32,000 bases of DNA from Synechococcus sp. A15-28 (GCF_014280175.1 NZ_CP047931.1:60001-92000), one strand, 5' to 3'; counted from the first letter of the stretch, positions 1 to 11,258 are shown. Notes: generated from the sequence alone by a model not told the origin. Numbers and translations: made by a program.

Positions 1-69
1 CAGATCGATGCCGTGATGATTGAACAGGCCGTGCTGACGCGGCACCTGCAGGTGGTCAGCGGCAGACAT
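1..69 (-). CDS. 5' fragment of an open frame leaving the window (MSAADHLQVPRQHGLFNHHGIDL...), just downstream of clpX
   Basis: ATG on the minus strand at 69..67, open to the window edge, 10 nt after the clpX stop; too short to identify. Confidence 0.2.
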   Translation of the reverse strand, partial: MSAADHLQVPRQHGLFNHHGIDL

Positions 70-79
70 GCGGCAGGCT

Positions 80-1429
80 TCAGGCGGTCTTCTGCTGTTC
101 GTTGCCCGGCAGCGGCAGCACCTTGCCACCGGTGTGCTGCTCCACCATCGCCTGGGTGATGGTGAATTCCTTCACCGTCGTCTGGGAGGGGAGGTCGTAC
201 ATCAGATCCAGCATCAGTTCCTCCACGATCCCCCGCAGGGCGCGGGCGCCGGTCTTGCGCCGGTGGGCCTCCTGGGCGATGGCATGGATGGCTTCCGGTT
301 CGAATTGCAGCTGGACGTTGTCCATGCTCAGCAGGGTGCGGAACTGCTTCACCAGGGCATCGCGGGGCTCGGTGAGGATCGACTCCAGGGCGCTTTCGTC
401 CAGGGGTTCCAGCACGGCACTCACCGGCATCCGGCCGATGAATTCCGGAATCAGGCCGTATTTCACCAGGTCGTCCGGCTGCAGCTGGCGCAGCACCTGG
501 GAGGCCTGCAGCTCGCGGTTGGCCCGGCTGCGGCCTCGACCATCGCTGGGCATGAAGCCGATGGCATTGCGGCCCATGCGTTTCTGCACCACCTCATCGA
601 GGCCGACGAAGGCACCTCCGCAGATGAACAGGATCTGGCTGGTGTCGATCTGGATGCAGTCCTGGTAAGGATGCTTGCGCCCCCCCTGGGGTGGAACGTT
701 GGCGACCGTTCCCTCCAGCATCTTCAGCAGGGCCTGCTGCACCCCTTCGCCGGACACATCCCGGGTGATTGAGGGGTTTTCGCTCTTGCGGGCGATCTTG
801 TCGATTTCATCGATGTAGATGATGCCCCGCTGGGCCTGATCCACATCCATGTCGGCTTTCTGCAGCAGCCGCAGCAGGATGTTTTCCACGTCCTCGCCGA
901 CATAGCCGGCTTCGGTGAGGGTGGTGGCATCAGCCACGGCGAAGGGCACATCCAGCATCTCGGCCAGGGTCTGCGCCAGAAGGGTCTTGCCGCAACCGGT
1001 GGGACCGATCAGAAGGATGTTGCTTTTGTGCAGGCGGGTGGCCGTCTGTTCGGTTTCGCCCTGGCCGTCTCCCTGCCAGGCCAGGCGTTTGTAGTGGTTG
1101 TAGACCGCCACCGACATCACCTTCTTGGCGGCCTCCTGTCCCACCACCTGCTCATCCAGGAAGCTCTTGATCTGCTGAGGCTTGGGGATCGAGGCCAGGG
1201 TCGGCGCGGGCTTGCCGCTCTTCTTGGCCGCTGGTGCTGCCTTGCGGCTGGTGTCGGCGGTCTGCCCCCGGTTGCCCTGGCTGTCCACCAGTTCCTCATC
1301 CAGGATCTCGTTGCAGAGATCGATGCACTCGTCGCAGATGTAAACGCCCGGACCCGCAATCAGCTTGCGCACCTGATCCTGGGATTTGCCACAGAAGGAG
1401 CACTTCAGATGGGCATCGAACTTGGCCAT
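80..1429 (-). CDS. clpX: ATP-dependent Clp protease ATP-binding subunit ClpX
   Basis: 449 aa; N-terminal zinc-binding CSFCGK...CDECIDLC, Walker A GPTGCGKT, Walker [11 protein letters not shown], sensor-2/C-terminal [11 protein letters not shown]. Confidence 0.98.
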   Translation of the reverse strand: MAKFDAHLKCSFCGKSQDQVRKLIAGPGVYICDECIDLCNEILDEELVDSQGNRGQTADTSRKAAPAAKKSGKPAPTLASIPKPQQIKSFLDEQVVGQEAAKKVMSVAVYNHYKRLAWQGDGQGETEQTATRLHKSNILLIGPTGCGKTLLAQTLAEMLDVPFAVADATTLTEAGYVGEDVENILLRLLQKADMDVDQAQRGIIYIDEIDKIARKSENPSITRDVSGEGVQQALLKMLEGTVANVPPQGGRKHPYQDCIQIDTSQILFICGGAFVGLDEVVQKRMGRNAIGFMPSDGRGRSRANRELQASQVLRQLQPDDLVKYGLIPEFIGRMPVSAVLEPLDESALESILTEPRDALVKQFRTLLSMDNVQLQFEPEAIHAIAQEAHRRKTGARALRGIVEELMLDLMYDLPSQTTVKEFTITQAMVEQHTGGKVLPLPGNEQQKTA

Positions 1430-1510
1430 CGAACGCCGGGCACATCAAGAGAACAGGAAGCGACCGGGCGGTCATCCTGAAACTCAGGATCGGGACGGGA
1501 GGACGGCTTG

Positions 1511-2185
1511 TCAGCCCTCCGTAACGATTCCTTTGTCCCCGGAGCTGTCCACCACCCGATCGATCAGGCCGTATTGAACCGCTTCTGCCGGGGAAAGGAA
1601 GTAGTCGCGGTCTGTGTCTTCAGCGATCTTGTCGAGTGGCTGACCGGTGTGGTCGGCCATCAAGCCGTTGAGGGTTTCCTTGAGGAAGAGAATTTCCTTG
1701 GCCTGGATCTCGATGTCCACTGCCTGTCCCTGGGCTCCGCCGAGGGGTTGGTGGATCATGATCCGGGCATTCGGCAGGGCCAGTCGCTTGCCCTTGCAGC
1801 CACCGGACAGCAGGAAGGCGCCCATGCTCGCGGCCAAGCCGTAGCAAATGGTGACCACGTCGGGGGCCACCTGCTGCATCGTGTCGTAGATGGCCAGGCC
1901 GGCGGTCACCGAGCCTCCCGGTGAGTTGATGTAGATCTGGATGTCCTTTTCCGGGTCCTCGGCTTCAAGGAACAGCATCTGGGCCACCAGGGCATCGGCC
2001 ACGGCGTCATCCACACCGGTGCCGAGAAAGATGATGCGTTCCCGGAGCAGCCGTGAGTAGATGTCGAAGGCGCGGTCGCCACGGCCGGACTGTTCGACCA
2101 CGGTCGGCAAGGGGCCAGGGGAGGAGATGGGCATCTCAGCCCGCCAGCGGTTCTGTATCGGGTGGTGGCTGCGGGCGTCGATCAC
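1511..2185 (-). CDS. clpP: ATP-dependent Clp protease proteolytic subunit ClpP (an internal start MPISS... at 2134 is possible)
   Basis: Catalytic Ser context [11 protein letters not shown], His context [18 protein letters not shown] motif; located upstream of clpX on the same strand. Confidence 0.96.
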   Translation of the reverse strand: MIDARSHHPIQNRWRAEMPISSPGPLPTVVEQSGRGDRAFDIYSRLLRERIIFLGTGVDDAVADALVAQMLFLEAEDPEKDIQIYINSPGGSVTAGLAIYDTMQQVAPDVVTICYGLAASMGAFLLSGGCKGKRLALPNARIMIHQPLGGAQGQAVDIEIQAKEILFLKETLNGLMADHTGQPLDKIAEDTDRDYFLSPAEAVQYGLIDRVVDSSGDKGIVTEG

Positions 2186-2228
2186 GCGCTTGCTGTCCTG
2201 TTGCGTGGGATCAATCTATGGGCCCTGT

Positions 2229-3599
2229 TCATTCCTTGACGTCCGTCTTGGACTCGGCTTCTTCGGTGAGGCTGCTGTTGGCCTCCAGCCAGTTCATCAG
2301 CTCGTCCTGCATCAGGTCATCCATCACCGCCTGACGCAGGCGTTGAGGGTCGATCTTGGCGTCTGCAGCCAGGTCCTTTTTCACCTCCTCGATCTTGGCG
2401 TCCACGGCGTCGTCCTCGACGGAGATCTCCTCGGCTTCCGCCAGAGCGGTGAGGGCAAAGCTGCGGCGCAGACGCTCCTCGGCTTCGGGCCGTGAGTTCT
2501 GCATCAGGTTGCGAACCAGGTCTGGCGTGAACAGTGATTTCACATCCATGCCCTGTTGGGCGAACTGAGCAGCGGTCTGCTCGAGAAGGTTGCGGCTCTC
2601 CTGCTGGATCAAGGCCTCCGGCAGTTCCACCTCCAATTGCTCCACCAACGCTCCCAGCAGGGCATCGCGGCGGTTGCTGGTCTGGCGCCGTTCAGCGTCA
2701 TCCTTCAGCCGTTGCTCGAGGTCCTTGCGCAGATCGGCAAGGGTCTCCTGCTCGCTGGCCTGCTTGGCGAAGGCGTCATCCAGCTCCGGCAGCTCACGGG
2801 TTTTGAGGTCCTTCAGGTCGATCTCGAAAGCCGCCTTTCGGCCGCGGGCGTCTTCCTTGGGATAGTCATCCGGGAACTGGCAGTCGACGGTTTTGCTCTC
2901 GCCCGCCTTCATTCCGATCACCCCTTCGATGAAGCCGGGGATCATGCGGCCATGCTCCAGGTCCACATCCATCGAGTCGGCACTGCCGCCTTCGATCTCC
3001 GAGCCGTCATCGCTGTAGGTGCCCTTGAATCCGAGCAACGCGATGTCGCCTTGTTCTGCAGCGCGACCCTCCACGGGCACCACCGTGGCCAGCTGTTTGC
3101 GGGAGTCCTCCAGCATCTCGTCCACCTTGGCGGGGTCGTAGGACACCGGTTCAAAGCTGGCCTTCAGCCCCTTTGTGCTCTTCAGCTTTGGTGTGGGGGC
3201 AACGTCCGCCTCGAGGGTGATGGTGACGCTTTCGCCAGGGGTGAAGGCGTCCAGCAGCCCTTCGAAGCCCCCGCTCAGTTCCGGCTGGCTGATCGGTTCC
3301 AGGGATTCCTGCTGAATGGCATCCCTCCAGGCCCCATCCACCATGGTTTCAAGGGCTGATGCCTTGATTCGCACAGCACCGAGCTGCTGAATCACCACCG
3401 TCCGCGGCACCTTGCCCTTGCGGAATCCCGGCAGGTTGATGCTGCGGCTGAGGCTGGTGATCGCCTCCTCGTAGCTGGCCTTGGTGCGCTCAGCCGGGAC
3501 CGTCACGGTCACCGCCAGACGGCTGCCGGGGCGGCTTTCAGTGGTCACCTTCAAGGCGGCAGCGCTCATGGCGGAATTCAAAAACAACAGGCCAGCCAA
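2229..3599 (-). CDS. tig: trigger factor (likely start MSAAALKV... near 3569)
   Basis: 456-aa ORF with N-terminal ribosome-binding signature [10 protein letters not shown], central FKBP-like region, C-terminal helical region; tig-clpP-clpX order. Confidence 0.95.
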   Translation of the reverse strand: MAGLLFLNSAMSAAALKVTTESRPGSRLAVTVTVPAERTKASYEEAITSLSRSINLPGFRKGKVPRTVVIQQLGAVRIKASALETMVDGAWRDAIQQESLEPISQPELSGGFEGLLDAFTPGESVTITLEADVAPTPKLKSTKGLKASFEPVSYDPAKVDEMLEDSRKQLATVVPVEGRAAEQGDIALLGFKGTYSDDGSEIEGGSADSMDVDLEHGRMIPGFIEGVIGMKAGESKTVDCQFPDDYPKEDARGRKAAFEIDLKDLKTRELPELDDAFAKQASEQETLADLRKDLEQRLKDDAERRQTSNRRDALLGALVEQLEVELPEALIQQESRNLLEQTAAQFAQQGMDVKSLFTPDLVRNLMQNSRPEAEERLRRSFALTALAEAEEISVEDDAVDAKIEEVKKDLAADAKIDPQRLRQAVMDDLMQDELMNWLEANSSLTEEAESKTDVKE

Positions 3600-3697
3600 A
3601 CAGTTTAAGAAACGGTTGGCGATTCACCCTCCCCGGTAGGGTGTCATCACGGTTCCGATGTGAACGTCACGTTCTCCACGGGTGACGCACAGTCCAG

Positions 3698-4756
3698 TTG
3701 AGCCGACAGCCTGCTGTCCCGTTCACCCCCCGCTTGTCCTCGTCCTTTCCAGCCCGTCCCCTCAACGTTGCTGTTCTTGGTGCCAGTGGCGCCGTCGGTC
3801 AGGAGTTACTGCTTCTGTTGCAAGAACGCAACTTTCCGGTTGCTGAATTGAAGCTGCTGTCCTCGGCGCGCTCCGCCGGGACCACTCAGCAGTGGAATGG
3901 CCGAACCATCACTCTTGAAGAGGTGAGCGCTGCAGCGTTCAACGGGGTGGATCTGGTGCTGGCCTCCGCCGGTGGTTCCGTCTCTCGGCAGTGGCGTGAT
4001 GCCATCACCGCCGCAGGTGCAGTGATGGTGGACAACTCCAGTGCTTTCCGCATGGAGAAGGGTGTTCCCCTCGTGGTGCCGGAGGTCAATCCCGACGCAG
4101 CCTTCGCCCACAACGGGGTGATCGCTAACCCCAACTGCACCACGATTCTGCTCACGCTTGCTTTGGCTCCTCTTGCAGCCAAACGCGCCATGCGCCGGGT
4201 GGTGGTGAGCACCTATCAGTCCGCCAGCGGGGCTGGTGCCCGGGCGATGGAAGAGCTCAAAACCCTTTCTCAGACCGTGCTTGATGGCGGCATCCCCAAG
4301 GGTGAGGTGCTGCCTTACTCCCTGGCCTTCAATCTCTTCCTCCACAACTCTCCTCTGCAGGAGAACAGCTACTGCGAGGAGGAGATGAAGATGGTGAACG
4401 AGACCCGCAAGATCATGGGTCTGCCGGACCTGCGCTTCACCGCCACCTGTGTGCGGGTGCCGGTGCTGCGGGCCCATTCCGAGGCCGTCAACATTGAATT
4501 CGAGCAGCCGTTCCCTGTTGATGAGGCCCGTGCTCTGCTCCGCGCAGCTCCTGGGGTTGAGTTGATCGAGGATCCCGCCACCAACCGCTTTCCCATGCCC
4601 ACCGATGTCACGGGACGCGACCCCGTCGCGATCGGTCGCATCCGTCAGGACATCAGCGATCCGAACGCTCTGGAGCTGTGGCTCTGCGGTGATCAGATCC
4701 GCAAAGGGGCGGCCCTCAATGCCGTTCAGATCGCTGAACTGCTGCTGCCGTCATGA
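3698..4756 (+). CDS. asd: aspartate-semialdehyde dehydrogenase
   Basis: 352 aa; [15 protein letters not shown]-binding motif, active-site NPNCTT, downstream overlap with dapA. Confidence 0.96.
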   Translation: MSRQPAVPFTPRLSSSFPARPLNVAVLGASGAVGQELLLLLQERNFPVAELKLLSSARSAGTTQQWNGRTITLEEVSAAAFNGVDLVLASAGGSVSRQWRDAITAAGAVMVDNSSAFRMEKGVPLVVPEVNPDAAFAHNGVIANPNCTTILLTLALAPLAAKRAMRRVVVSTYQSASGAGARAMEELKTLSQTVLDGGIPKGEVLPYSLAFNLFLHNSPLQENSYCEEEMKMVNETRKIMGLPDLRFTATCVRVPVLRAHSEAVNIEFEQPFPVDEARALLRAAPGVELIEDPATNRFPMPTDVTGRDPVAIGRIRQDISDPNALELWLCGDQIRKGAALNAVQIAELLLPS

Positions 4757-5661
4757 CCTCTCCCGCCGCGCTTTCCCCCACCCCGTTCGGCCGTGTGGTC
4801 ACGGCGATGGTCACCCCGTTTGATGCATCCGGGGCGGTGGATCTCCCCCTGGCCGGACGGCTCGCCCGTCATCTGGTGGACCAGGGTTCCGATGGCCTGG
4901 TGGTGAGCGGCACCACTGGTGAATCCCCCACCCTGAGCTGGCAGGAGCAGCTGCAGTTGCTGCAGGCCGTGCGCGAGGCGGTGGGTGCTGATGCCCAGGT
5001 GCTGGCCGGCACCGGCAGCAACTGCACCGCTGAGGCGGTGGAGGCCACCCGAGAAGCGGCCGCCGCCGGTGCCGATGGCGCTTTGGTGGTGGTGCCGTAC
5101 TACAACAAGCCGCCTCAGGACGGCCTGGCCGCTCATTTCCGCGCCATCGCCGAGGCCGCTCCTGAGCTGCCGTTGATGCTCTACAACATCCCAGGCCGTA
5201 CGGGCTGCAGCATGGCACCGGAAACGGTGGCGCAGCTGATGGACTGCCCCAACATCGTCAGTTTCAAGGCCGCCAGCGGCACCACCGAGGAGGTGACGGC
5301 CCTGCGCATGGCCTGCGGCTCGAAGCTGGCCATCTACAGCGGTGATGACGGCCTCACCCTGCCGATGATGTCCGTCGGTGCCGTGGGCGTGGTGAGTGTG
5401 GCCAGTCATGTGGTTGGCCTCCAGATCCGCGCCATGATTGATGCCTACCTGCAGGGCGACGCTGCCGTTGCCCTCGCCCTACACGAGCAGATGCAGCCCT
5501 TGTTCAAGGCTCTGTTCGCCACCACCAATCCGATTCCGGTCAAAGCCGCGCTTCAACTCAACGGCTGGCCCGTCGGCGCTCCACGACTACCTCTCACCCC
5601 TTTGTCAGACGAAATGACATCAACCCTTGCTCAAACCATGGCTGCCCTTCGTCAGACCTGA
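4753..5661 (+). CDS. dapA: 4-hydroxy-tetrahydrodipicolinate synthase
   Basis: 302 aa; [10 protein letters not shown]133-like [11 protein letters not shown], Schiff-base Lys context VSFKAASG; ATGA overlap with asd. Confidence 0.96.
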   Translation: MTSPAALSPTPFGRVVTAMVTPFDASGAVDLPLAGRLARHLVDQGSDGLVVSGTTGESPTLSWQEQLQLLQAVREAVGADAQVLAGTGSNCTAEAVEATREAAAAGADGALVVVPYYNKPPQDGLAAHFRAIAEAAPELPLMLYNIPGRTGCSMAPETVAQLMDCPNIVSFKAASGTTEEVTALRMACGSKLAIYSGDDGLTLPMMSVGAVGVVSVASHVVGLQIRAMIDAYLQGDAAVALALHEQMQPLFKALFATTNPIPVKAALQLNGWPVGAPRLPLTPLSDEMTSTLAQTMAALRQT

Positions 5662-5710
5662 CGGTCCGGCTTAACGGCTTACGCAAACAGCTTTTCAACA
5701 ATTTTTCTTC

Positions 5711-7711
5711 ATGGCTAACAACGCACGATCCGCCAAGGAACAGGAGCCTTGTCTCCGGGTGATTCCCCTGGGGGGATTGCATGAAATCGGTAAGAACACC
5801 TGTGTGTTCGAGTACGGCGACGATCTGATGCTGGTGGATGCCGGTCTGGCGTTTCCAAGCGATGGCATGCACGGCGTGAATGTGGTCCTGCCGGACACCA
5901 GTTTTCTGCGGGAGAACCAAAAACGCATCCGCGGCATGATCGTGACCCACGGTCATGAAGATCACATCGGTGGCATCTCCCACCACCTCAAGCACTTCAA
6001 CATCCCGGTGATCTACGGGCCCCGTCTGGCCCTGTCGATGCTCACCGGAAAGATGGACGAGGCCGGCGTCAGCGACCGCACCACGCTCCAGACCGTCAGT
6101 CCTCGCGACGTGGTGAAGGTGGGTCAGCACTTCTCGGTGGAGTTCATCCGCAACACCCACTCGATGGCGGACAGCTACTCGCTGGCCATCAAGACTCCGG
6201 TGGGAACAATCATTTTCACCGGTGATTTCAAGTTCGATCACACCCCGGTCGACGGCGAGCATTTCGACATGGCCCGGCTGGCCCACCACGGTGAAGAGGG
6301 TGTGCTGTGTCTGTTCAGTGACTCCACCAACGCTGAAGTGCCTGGCTTCTGCCCCCCTGAGCGTTCGGTGTTCCCCAATCTCGATCGCCACATGGCGTCT
6401 GCCGAGGGCCGGGTGATCATCACCACCTTCGCCAGCTCGATCCATCGGGTGTCGATGATCCTGGAACTGGCCCTGAAGAACGGCCGCAAGGTAGGCCTGC
6501 TGGGCCGCTCGATGCTCAATGTGATCGCCAAGGCCCGCGAGCTGGGTTACATGCGTGCGCCGGACGAACTGTTCGTGCCGATCAAGCAGATTAACGATGT
6601 TCCCGATCGTGAAACCCTGCTGCTGATGACCGGCAGCCAGGGAGAGCCCCTAGCGGCGTTGAGTCGGATCTCCCGCGGCGAGCATCCTCAGGTGCGGGTG
6701 AAGACCACCGACACGATCATCTTCTCGGCCAGCCCGATCCCCGGGAACACCATTTCCGTGGTCAACACCATCGACAAGTTGATGATGTTGGGCGCCAAGG
6801 TGGTCTATGGCAAAGGCGAAGGCATTCACGTCTCCGGCCATGGCTTCCAGGAGGACCAAAAGCTGATGCTGGCCCTCACCAAGCCCAAGTTCTTTGTGCC
6901 GGTGCACGGTGAGCACCGCATGCTGGTGCAGCACTCCAAGACCGGTCACGCCATGGGTGTGCCGGAGAACAACACCCTGATCATCGACAACGGTGATGTG
7001 GTGGAGCTGACGCCGGATTCGATTCGTAAGGGGGATCCGGTGAAGGCCGGCATCGAGCTGCTGGATCAATCCCGCAATGGCATTGTTGATGCTCGTGTGC
7101 TCAAGGAGCGTCAGCAGCTGGCGGAAGACGGTGTGGTGACGATCCTGTCGGCCATCAGCACCGATGGCGCGATGGTGGCGCCGCCAAGGGTGAACCTGCG
7201 CGGGGTGGTGACCACCGCCGATGCCCGCAAGATGTCGCTCTGGACCGAGCGCGAGATCACCTGGGTGCTGGAGAACAAATGGAAGCAGCTCTGTCGCCAC
7301 ACCGGAGGCAAGGCGCCGGAGGTGGATTGGATGGGTGTGCAGCGTGAGGTGGAAGTGGGCCTCGGCCGTCGTATGCGACGTGAGCTGCAGGTGGAGCCGT
7401 TGATCCTCTGCCTGGTGCAGCCCGCTCCCGGTGGCACACCTGTTTACAAGGGTCGCGCCGATGCCGAACCCGACGATCGTCCGGCTCCCCGTGGTCGCCG
7501 TGGTGGCGGCGGACCCGGTCGCAGCAACAATGGTCAAGGGCGCAATACACCCGCCCCCGTGCGCACCAATACCGCTCCGGCACCAGCACCGGCAGCGGCA
7601 ACGGCTGTGGTGGAGAAGCCCGACGCCCAGAAAGCTGTCGCATCCAAGCCGGAGCCGGAGCCGGAGATGCCGGCCGGTCGTACCCGCCGTCGCCGCTCTG
7701 CGGCGGCCTGA
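5711..7711 (+). CDS. rnj: ribonuclease J (metallo-beta-lactamase/beta-CASP)
   Basis: 666 aa; IGKNTCVFEYGDDLMLVDAG, THGHEDHIGG, STNAEVPG, beta-CASP TGSQGEPLAAL; low-complexity Arg/Gly/Ala/Pro C-terminal tail. Confidence 0.95.
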   Translation: MANNARSAKEQEPCLRVIPLGGLHEIGKNTCVFEYGDDLMLVDAGLAFPSDGMHGVNVVLPDTSFLRENQKRIRGMIVTHGHEDHIGGISHHLKHFNIPVIYGPRLALSMLTGKMDEAGVSDRTTLQTVSPRDVVKVGQHFSVEFIRNTHSMADSYSLAIKTPVGTIIFTGDFKFDHTPVDGEHFDMARLAHHGEEGVLCLFSDSTNAEVPGFCPPERSVFPNLDRHMASAEGRVIITTFASSIHRVSMILELALKNGRKVGLLGRSMLNVIAKARELGYMRAPDELFVPIKQINDVPDRETLLLMTGSQGEPLAALSRISRGEHPQVRVKTTDTIIFSASPIPGNTISVVNTIDKLMMLGAKVVYGKGEGIHVSGHGFQEDQKLMLALTKPKFFVPVHGEHRMLVQHSKTGHAMGVPENNTLIIDNGDVVELTPDSIRKGDPVKAGIELLDQSRNGIVDARVLKERQQLAEDGVVTILSAISTDGAMVAPPRVNLRGVVTTADARKMSLWTEREITWVLENKWKQLCRHTGGKAPEVDWMGVQREVEVGLGRRMRRELQVEPLILCLVQPAPGGTPVYKGRADAEPDDRPAPRGRRGGGGPGRSNNGQGRNTPAPVRTNTAPAPAPAAATAVVEKPDAQKAVASKPEPEPEMPAGRTRRRRSAAA

Positions 7712-8407
7712 TCAGCCCCGCCCGATCAGGGCCAGCAGCTGTTGAATCCATGACGAACGGGGAGGGTCGCTGTTGACCGTCCCCGCTTTGACCTCGCCGA
7801 GATTGATCTTGACCCGCAGCAGACTGCCGGCGAGTACCTCTCGGGGATCCTCCTCAGCGAAGTCGGGTTCAGCCTCGTCGTTGTCGGGTTCAGCGGTGGG
7901 TTCCAGGTTTGGTTCCGGCAGCAGTTCCGCGTCGAGGATGGGAATCTCTGTCGGCGCGGGCGAGGGTTCGGGATTGGTCGGCTCCAGCCAGGGCATGGCT
8001 GTCGCTTTGGACCCGGCCTGTTGATCCGTCAGAAACGGATCCCGCAGCATCTCCGGCAGTGGTTGCCGAGATCGGATCGGTTGGGCTGGTGCCGTGTTGC
8101 TTTGACGGCTGCGTTCAAGCCCCTGCTGTGCCAGTTCCGCCAGGGTGTCCTGCGGTTGGCTGGCCAGCACCTGTTCGTAATAACCAGCCGCTTGACTGGG
8201 ATTGTCGTGGCCATAGAGCTCGATGTGGCCGAGCAACAGCGCCACAAAGGCGCGCCAGCCGAGCACGGCGGCCTGGGCGTCCAAATCCTGGGGTTGGTCC
8301 ACCAGTTGGTCCAGCAGATTGCTGGCCAGGCGCTGGGCTTCGGTGTAGTCGCCCTCGCTGTAGGCCCGTTCGGCGTCCTGATACTGCTGCTGGAAATCGC
8401 CGTCCAC
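7712..8407 (-). CDS. hypothetical protein with a TPR-like N-terminal region and acidic Pro/Glu-rich middle (start uncertain; GTG at 8407 chosen over the longer 8536 ORF)
   Basis: DFQQQYQDAERAYSEGDYTEAQRLASNLLDQLVDQPQDLDAQAAVLGWRAFVALLLGHIELYGHDNPSQAAGYYEQVLASQPQD resembles TPR helices; the longer ORF would overlap lysC. Confidence 0.6.
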   Translation of the reverse strand: MDGDFQQQYQDAERAYSEGDYTEAQRLASNLLDQLVDQPQDLDAQAAVLGWRAFVALLLGHIELYGHDNPSQAAGYYEQVLASQPQDTLAELAQQGLERSRQSNTAPAQPIRSRQPLPEMLRDPFLTDQQAGSKATAMPWLEPTNPEPSPAPTEIPILDAELLPEPNLEPTAEPDNDEAEPDFAEEDPREVLAGSLLRVKINLGEVKAGTVNSDPPRSSWIQQLLALIGRG

Positions 8408-8441
8408 GCGTTGGGAGCCGTTCTCCCACTTGTATCGCCTG

Positions 8442-10277
8442 TCAGCTGTCGAGGGGTGAGGCGCTGCCCTGGGCGGTGTGCTGCTCCTGACCCCCCAGGC
8501 CGAAGCCGGTGTGCACGGCCTGCAGGGCTGCCACACCGTCCTTCTCGGTCACCACGCAACTGGTGCGGATCTCGCTGGTGGCGATCAGGGCGATGTTGAT
8601 GCCGGCATCGGCCAGGGCACGGAACATCCGACCTGCCGTCCCTGGCGTGGCTGGCATGCCGGCGCCGACGGCGCTCACCCGGGCGATGGCCTCCCCTTCC
8701 TCCAGGGCCGCGCCGGGCCACTGGGCCAGCAGTGGGGCTAGGGCCACATCAGCGCGGCTGCGGTCCTCCTTGCGCAGAATGAAACTGATGTCCCGCGAAC
8801 CGTCCCCGTGCTGACGCTCGGACTGGACGATGGCATCCAGGCTGATGCCACGTTCAGCCAGGGCTGAACAGAGGGCCGCTGCGGTGCCGGGGCGGTCCGG
8901 GACGTGGCGCACGGACAGTTGGGCCTGGTCGCGATCGAGGGCAACACCGCGCACTTCCGGTTCGTCGCTGCAGCACAGATCGGGGTTGAGCTCCACCTGG
9001 GCATCGTCCACATCAAAGGCCTCCTGCACCGCCTGCAGGGCCTTGCGGCCGGAATCGGCATCGATCACACAGCTCACCTTCACTTCGCTGGTGGCGATCA
9101 GGCGCAGGTTGATGCCCTGCTGCGACAGGCAGTGGAACAGGCCGGCGGCGATGCCCGGACGCCCCATGATCCCGGCACCACTGATGCTCAGCTTGGTCAT
9201 GCCGCCCTCGGCGGCCAGTTCGCCACCCAGGCTGTCCAGCACGGTCTGACTGACGCGACGGGCGGCGTCCAGATCCGCCTCCGCCGCGGTGAAGGTGATG
9301 TCGTTGCTGCTGCCCTCGTGGGTGGACTGAATGATCAGATCCACGTTGATGCCCGCACCCGAGAGGGTTTCGAACAGGCGGGCGGCAATGCCGGGCTGAT
9401 CCGGGATGTGCGACAGCGCGATCACCGCCTGGTGTTCCATTTGCTCCACGCCGTCCACCGGGCTGCCCAGCTCCAGCCCGGCCCGGTTCAGGCTGCGGCC
9501 GCGGCGGCTGGTGAGACGGGTGCCGGGGGCCTCGCTCCAGCTGGAGCGCACCACCATGAGCACGCCGTAGTTGCGAGCGATTTCCACCGCCCGTGGATGC
9601 AGCACCGAGGCACCGAGGCTGGCCAGCTCGAGCATTTCATCGCAGCTGATTTCATCCATCACTTGCGCATCGGCCACCTTGCGTGGGTCGGTGCTCAGCA
9701 CCCCAGGCACATCGGTGTAGATCTCACAGGCATCGGCGTTCAACGCGGCCGCCAGAGCCACGGCGGAGGTGTCCGAGCCGCCGCGACCGAGGGTGGTGAT
9801 TTCGGCCACACCGCCCACACCACTGCTGGTGCCCTGGAAGCCGGCCACCACCACCACCCGGCCCTCAGCCAGATGGCCGCGGACGCGGTCGGTGCGGATT
9901 TCGAGGATGCGGGCCCGTCCATGGGTTGATTCGGTGACGATGCCCACCTGGGGGCCCGTCATCGAGACGGCCGCAATCCCAAGTTGGTTCAGGGCCATGG
10001 CCAGCAGGGCAATGGACACTTGCTCACCGCTGGCCAGGAGCATGTCCATCTCTCGCTGTGGAGGGGTGTTGGTGATGGCGGCAGCCAGTCCGGTGAGTTC
10101 ATCGGTGGTGTGGCCCATGGCCGAGACCACCACCACCACGTCATGACCATCCTCACGGCTGCGGCTGATCCGCTGGGCCACCGCCTGGATGCGTTCGACA
10201 CTGCCGACGGAGGTGCCGCCGAACTTCTGCACCAGGAGGGCCATGGGCCGCGCTTCAGCAACGCTGGATTTTCTCAC
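8442..10277 (-). CDS. lysC: aspartate kinase with extended ACT-domain C-terminus (likely start MALLVQKFGG at 10244)
   Basis: VQKFGGTSVGS, GRGGSDTSAVALAAAL, several ACT-like segments (MTKLSISGAGIMGRPGIAAGLF..., ISAVGAGMPATPGTAGRMF...). Confidence 0.95.
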   Translation of the reverse strand: MRKSSVAEARPMALLVQKFGGTSVGSVERIQAVAQRISRSREDGHDVVVVVSAMGHTTDELTGLAAAITNTPPQREMDMLLASGEQVSIALLAMALNQLGIAAVSMTGPQVGIVTESTHGRARILEIRTDRVRGHLAEGRVVVVAGFQGTSSGVGGVAEITTLGRGGSDTSAVALAAALNADACEIYTDVPGVLSTDPRKVADAQVMDEISCDEMLELASLGASVLHPRAVEIARNYGVLMVVRSSWSEAPGTRLTSRRGRSLNRAGLELGSPVDGVEQMEHQAVIALSHIPDQPGIAARLFETLSGAGINVDLIIQSTHEGSSNDITFTAAEADLDAARRVSQTVLDSLGGELAAEGGMTKLSISGAGIMGRPGIAAGLFHCLSQQGINLRLIATSEVKVSCVIDADSGRKALQAVQEAFDVDDAQVELNPDLCCSDEPEVRGVALDRDQAQLSVRHVPDRPGTAAALCSALAERGISLDAIVQSERQHGDGSRDISFILRKEDRSRADVALAPLLAQWPGAALEEGEAIARVSAVGAGMPATPGTAGRMFRALADAGINIALIATSEIRTSCVVTEKDGVAALQAVHTGFGLGGQEQHTAQGSASPLDS

Positions 10278-10292
10278 CCGAAGGCCTTGGGC

Positions 10293-11258
10293 TTACCCCA
10301 GCAGGCCATCACGGAAGGCATCACCGGGCTGGGCCCCCCGTTTCAGCCGCGCTTCCACTTCTAAAAGTCGTCCCAGTAGGGAGAGGAAGCGCTGGGGTGG
10401 CCGGCCCTGCAGCTGTTTGCGCATCACATAGATCCGTTTGGGGTTGCCGATGCCGGCGGCCTTGGCGATCACCGCCACATCCCGCTCCCCCTGCTGCTCC
10501 ATCAGGCTCACCCAGAGCCAACCGCGGATCTGCCCGGTGAGGGTGGCCATGATGCGCAGGGCAGGCTCACCGGCGTCGATCAGGGCATCCCAGCGGGCGA
10601 TGGCGTCGCCGGGGTTGCCCTCCAGCAGGGCATCGCCCACGTGCAGGGCGTTGGTGGCCAGCCCCCCCACCAGATCGGCCACCAGTTCGGCGCTGATGGT
10701 TGACGACCGCAGCGACAGCTTGCGCAGTTCCGATTCCAGCCGGGCGCTGTCGGTGCCAATGGCGTCCACCAGGGCATCGATGGCGCCCGGTTCCAGGCGG
10801 AGGCCCAGGGCTTCGCCGGTGCGCTGTACCAGCTGACGCTGGCCGGCGCCGTCCCATACCGCTGGCAACGGAAAGCTCTGTTCCTGGTCCAGGCCGGCTT
10901 TGATCCGTTTCTGCAGGGCCTTGGTGGTGCGCAGGCGACCGTCGGGCTTGGAGGCATTCACCAGCACCAGATGGCTGCTGTCGGGGATCAACGTGAGCGC
11001 GGCTTCAAAGCGATCCGCCAGCTCGGTGGGGCAGCCGTTGCAGAAGGGACTGCGCTGCAGCAGCACCAACCGCTCCCCGGCGGCGAAGGGTGGTGTGCGG
11101 GCCTCATCGAGGGCCTGGGCCGCCTGACCGACTTCAGCGCCATCAAGGCGGCTGAGGTTGAGGCTTGCCCAGCTGGGGTCCACCACCGTCTCGATCAACC
11201 CGTTGACGGCCCGATCCCGCGCGGCGGCGTCATCACCCCAGATCAGATGGATCGGCAT
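10293..11258 (-). CDS. holA: DNA polymerase III delta subunit HolA-like (start MPIHLIWGDD at 11258)
   Basis: N-terminal MPIHLIWGDDAAARDRAV, C-terminal IRGWLWVSLMEQQGERDVAVIAKAAGIGNPKRIYVMRKQ typical of the HolA family. Confidence 0.82.
   Translation of the reverse strand: MPIHLIWGDDAAARDRAVNGLIETVVDPSWASLNLSRLDGAEVGQAAQALDEARTPPFAAGERLVLLQRSPFCNGCPTELADRFEAALTLIPDSSHLVLVNASKPDGRLRTTKALQKRIKAGLDQEQSFPLPAVWDGAGQRQLVQRTGEALGLRLEPGAIDALVDAIGTDSARLESELRKLSLRSSTISAELVADLVGGLATNALHVGDALLEGNPGDAIARWDALIDAGEPALRIMATLTGQIRGWLWVSLMEQQGERDVAVIAKAAGIGNPKRIYVMRKQLQGRPPQRFLSLLGRLLEVEARLKRGAQPGDAFRDGLLG

Noticed and set aside
68-3359. Antisense ORFs over clpX, clpP and tig (e.g. 68..772, 1028..1480, 2556..3359)
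   Set aside because: Typical spurious open frames in high-GC coding DNA; the opposite strand carries unambiguous conserved proteins.
3625-3643. Hairpin CACCCT-CCCCGGT-AGGGTG between tig and asd
   Set aside because: Short stem with no T-tract in a divergent intergenic region; could be an operator or chance, insufficient support.
5594-7537. Long antisense ORFs over rnj (5594..6445, 6650..7537)
   Set aside because: His/Gln/Gly-rich translation complementary to the RNase J frame; shadow ORFs.
8904-9929. 341-aa plus-strand ORF antisense to lysC
   Set aside because: Shadow frame of the aspartate kinase gene, no family pattern.
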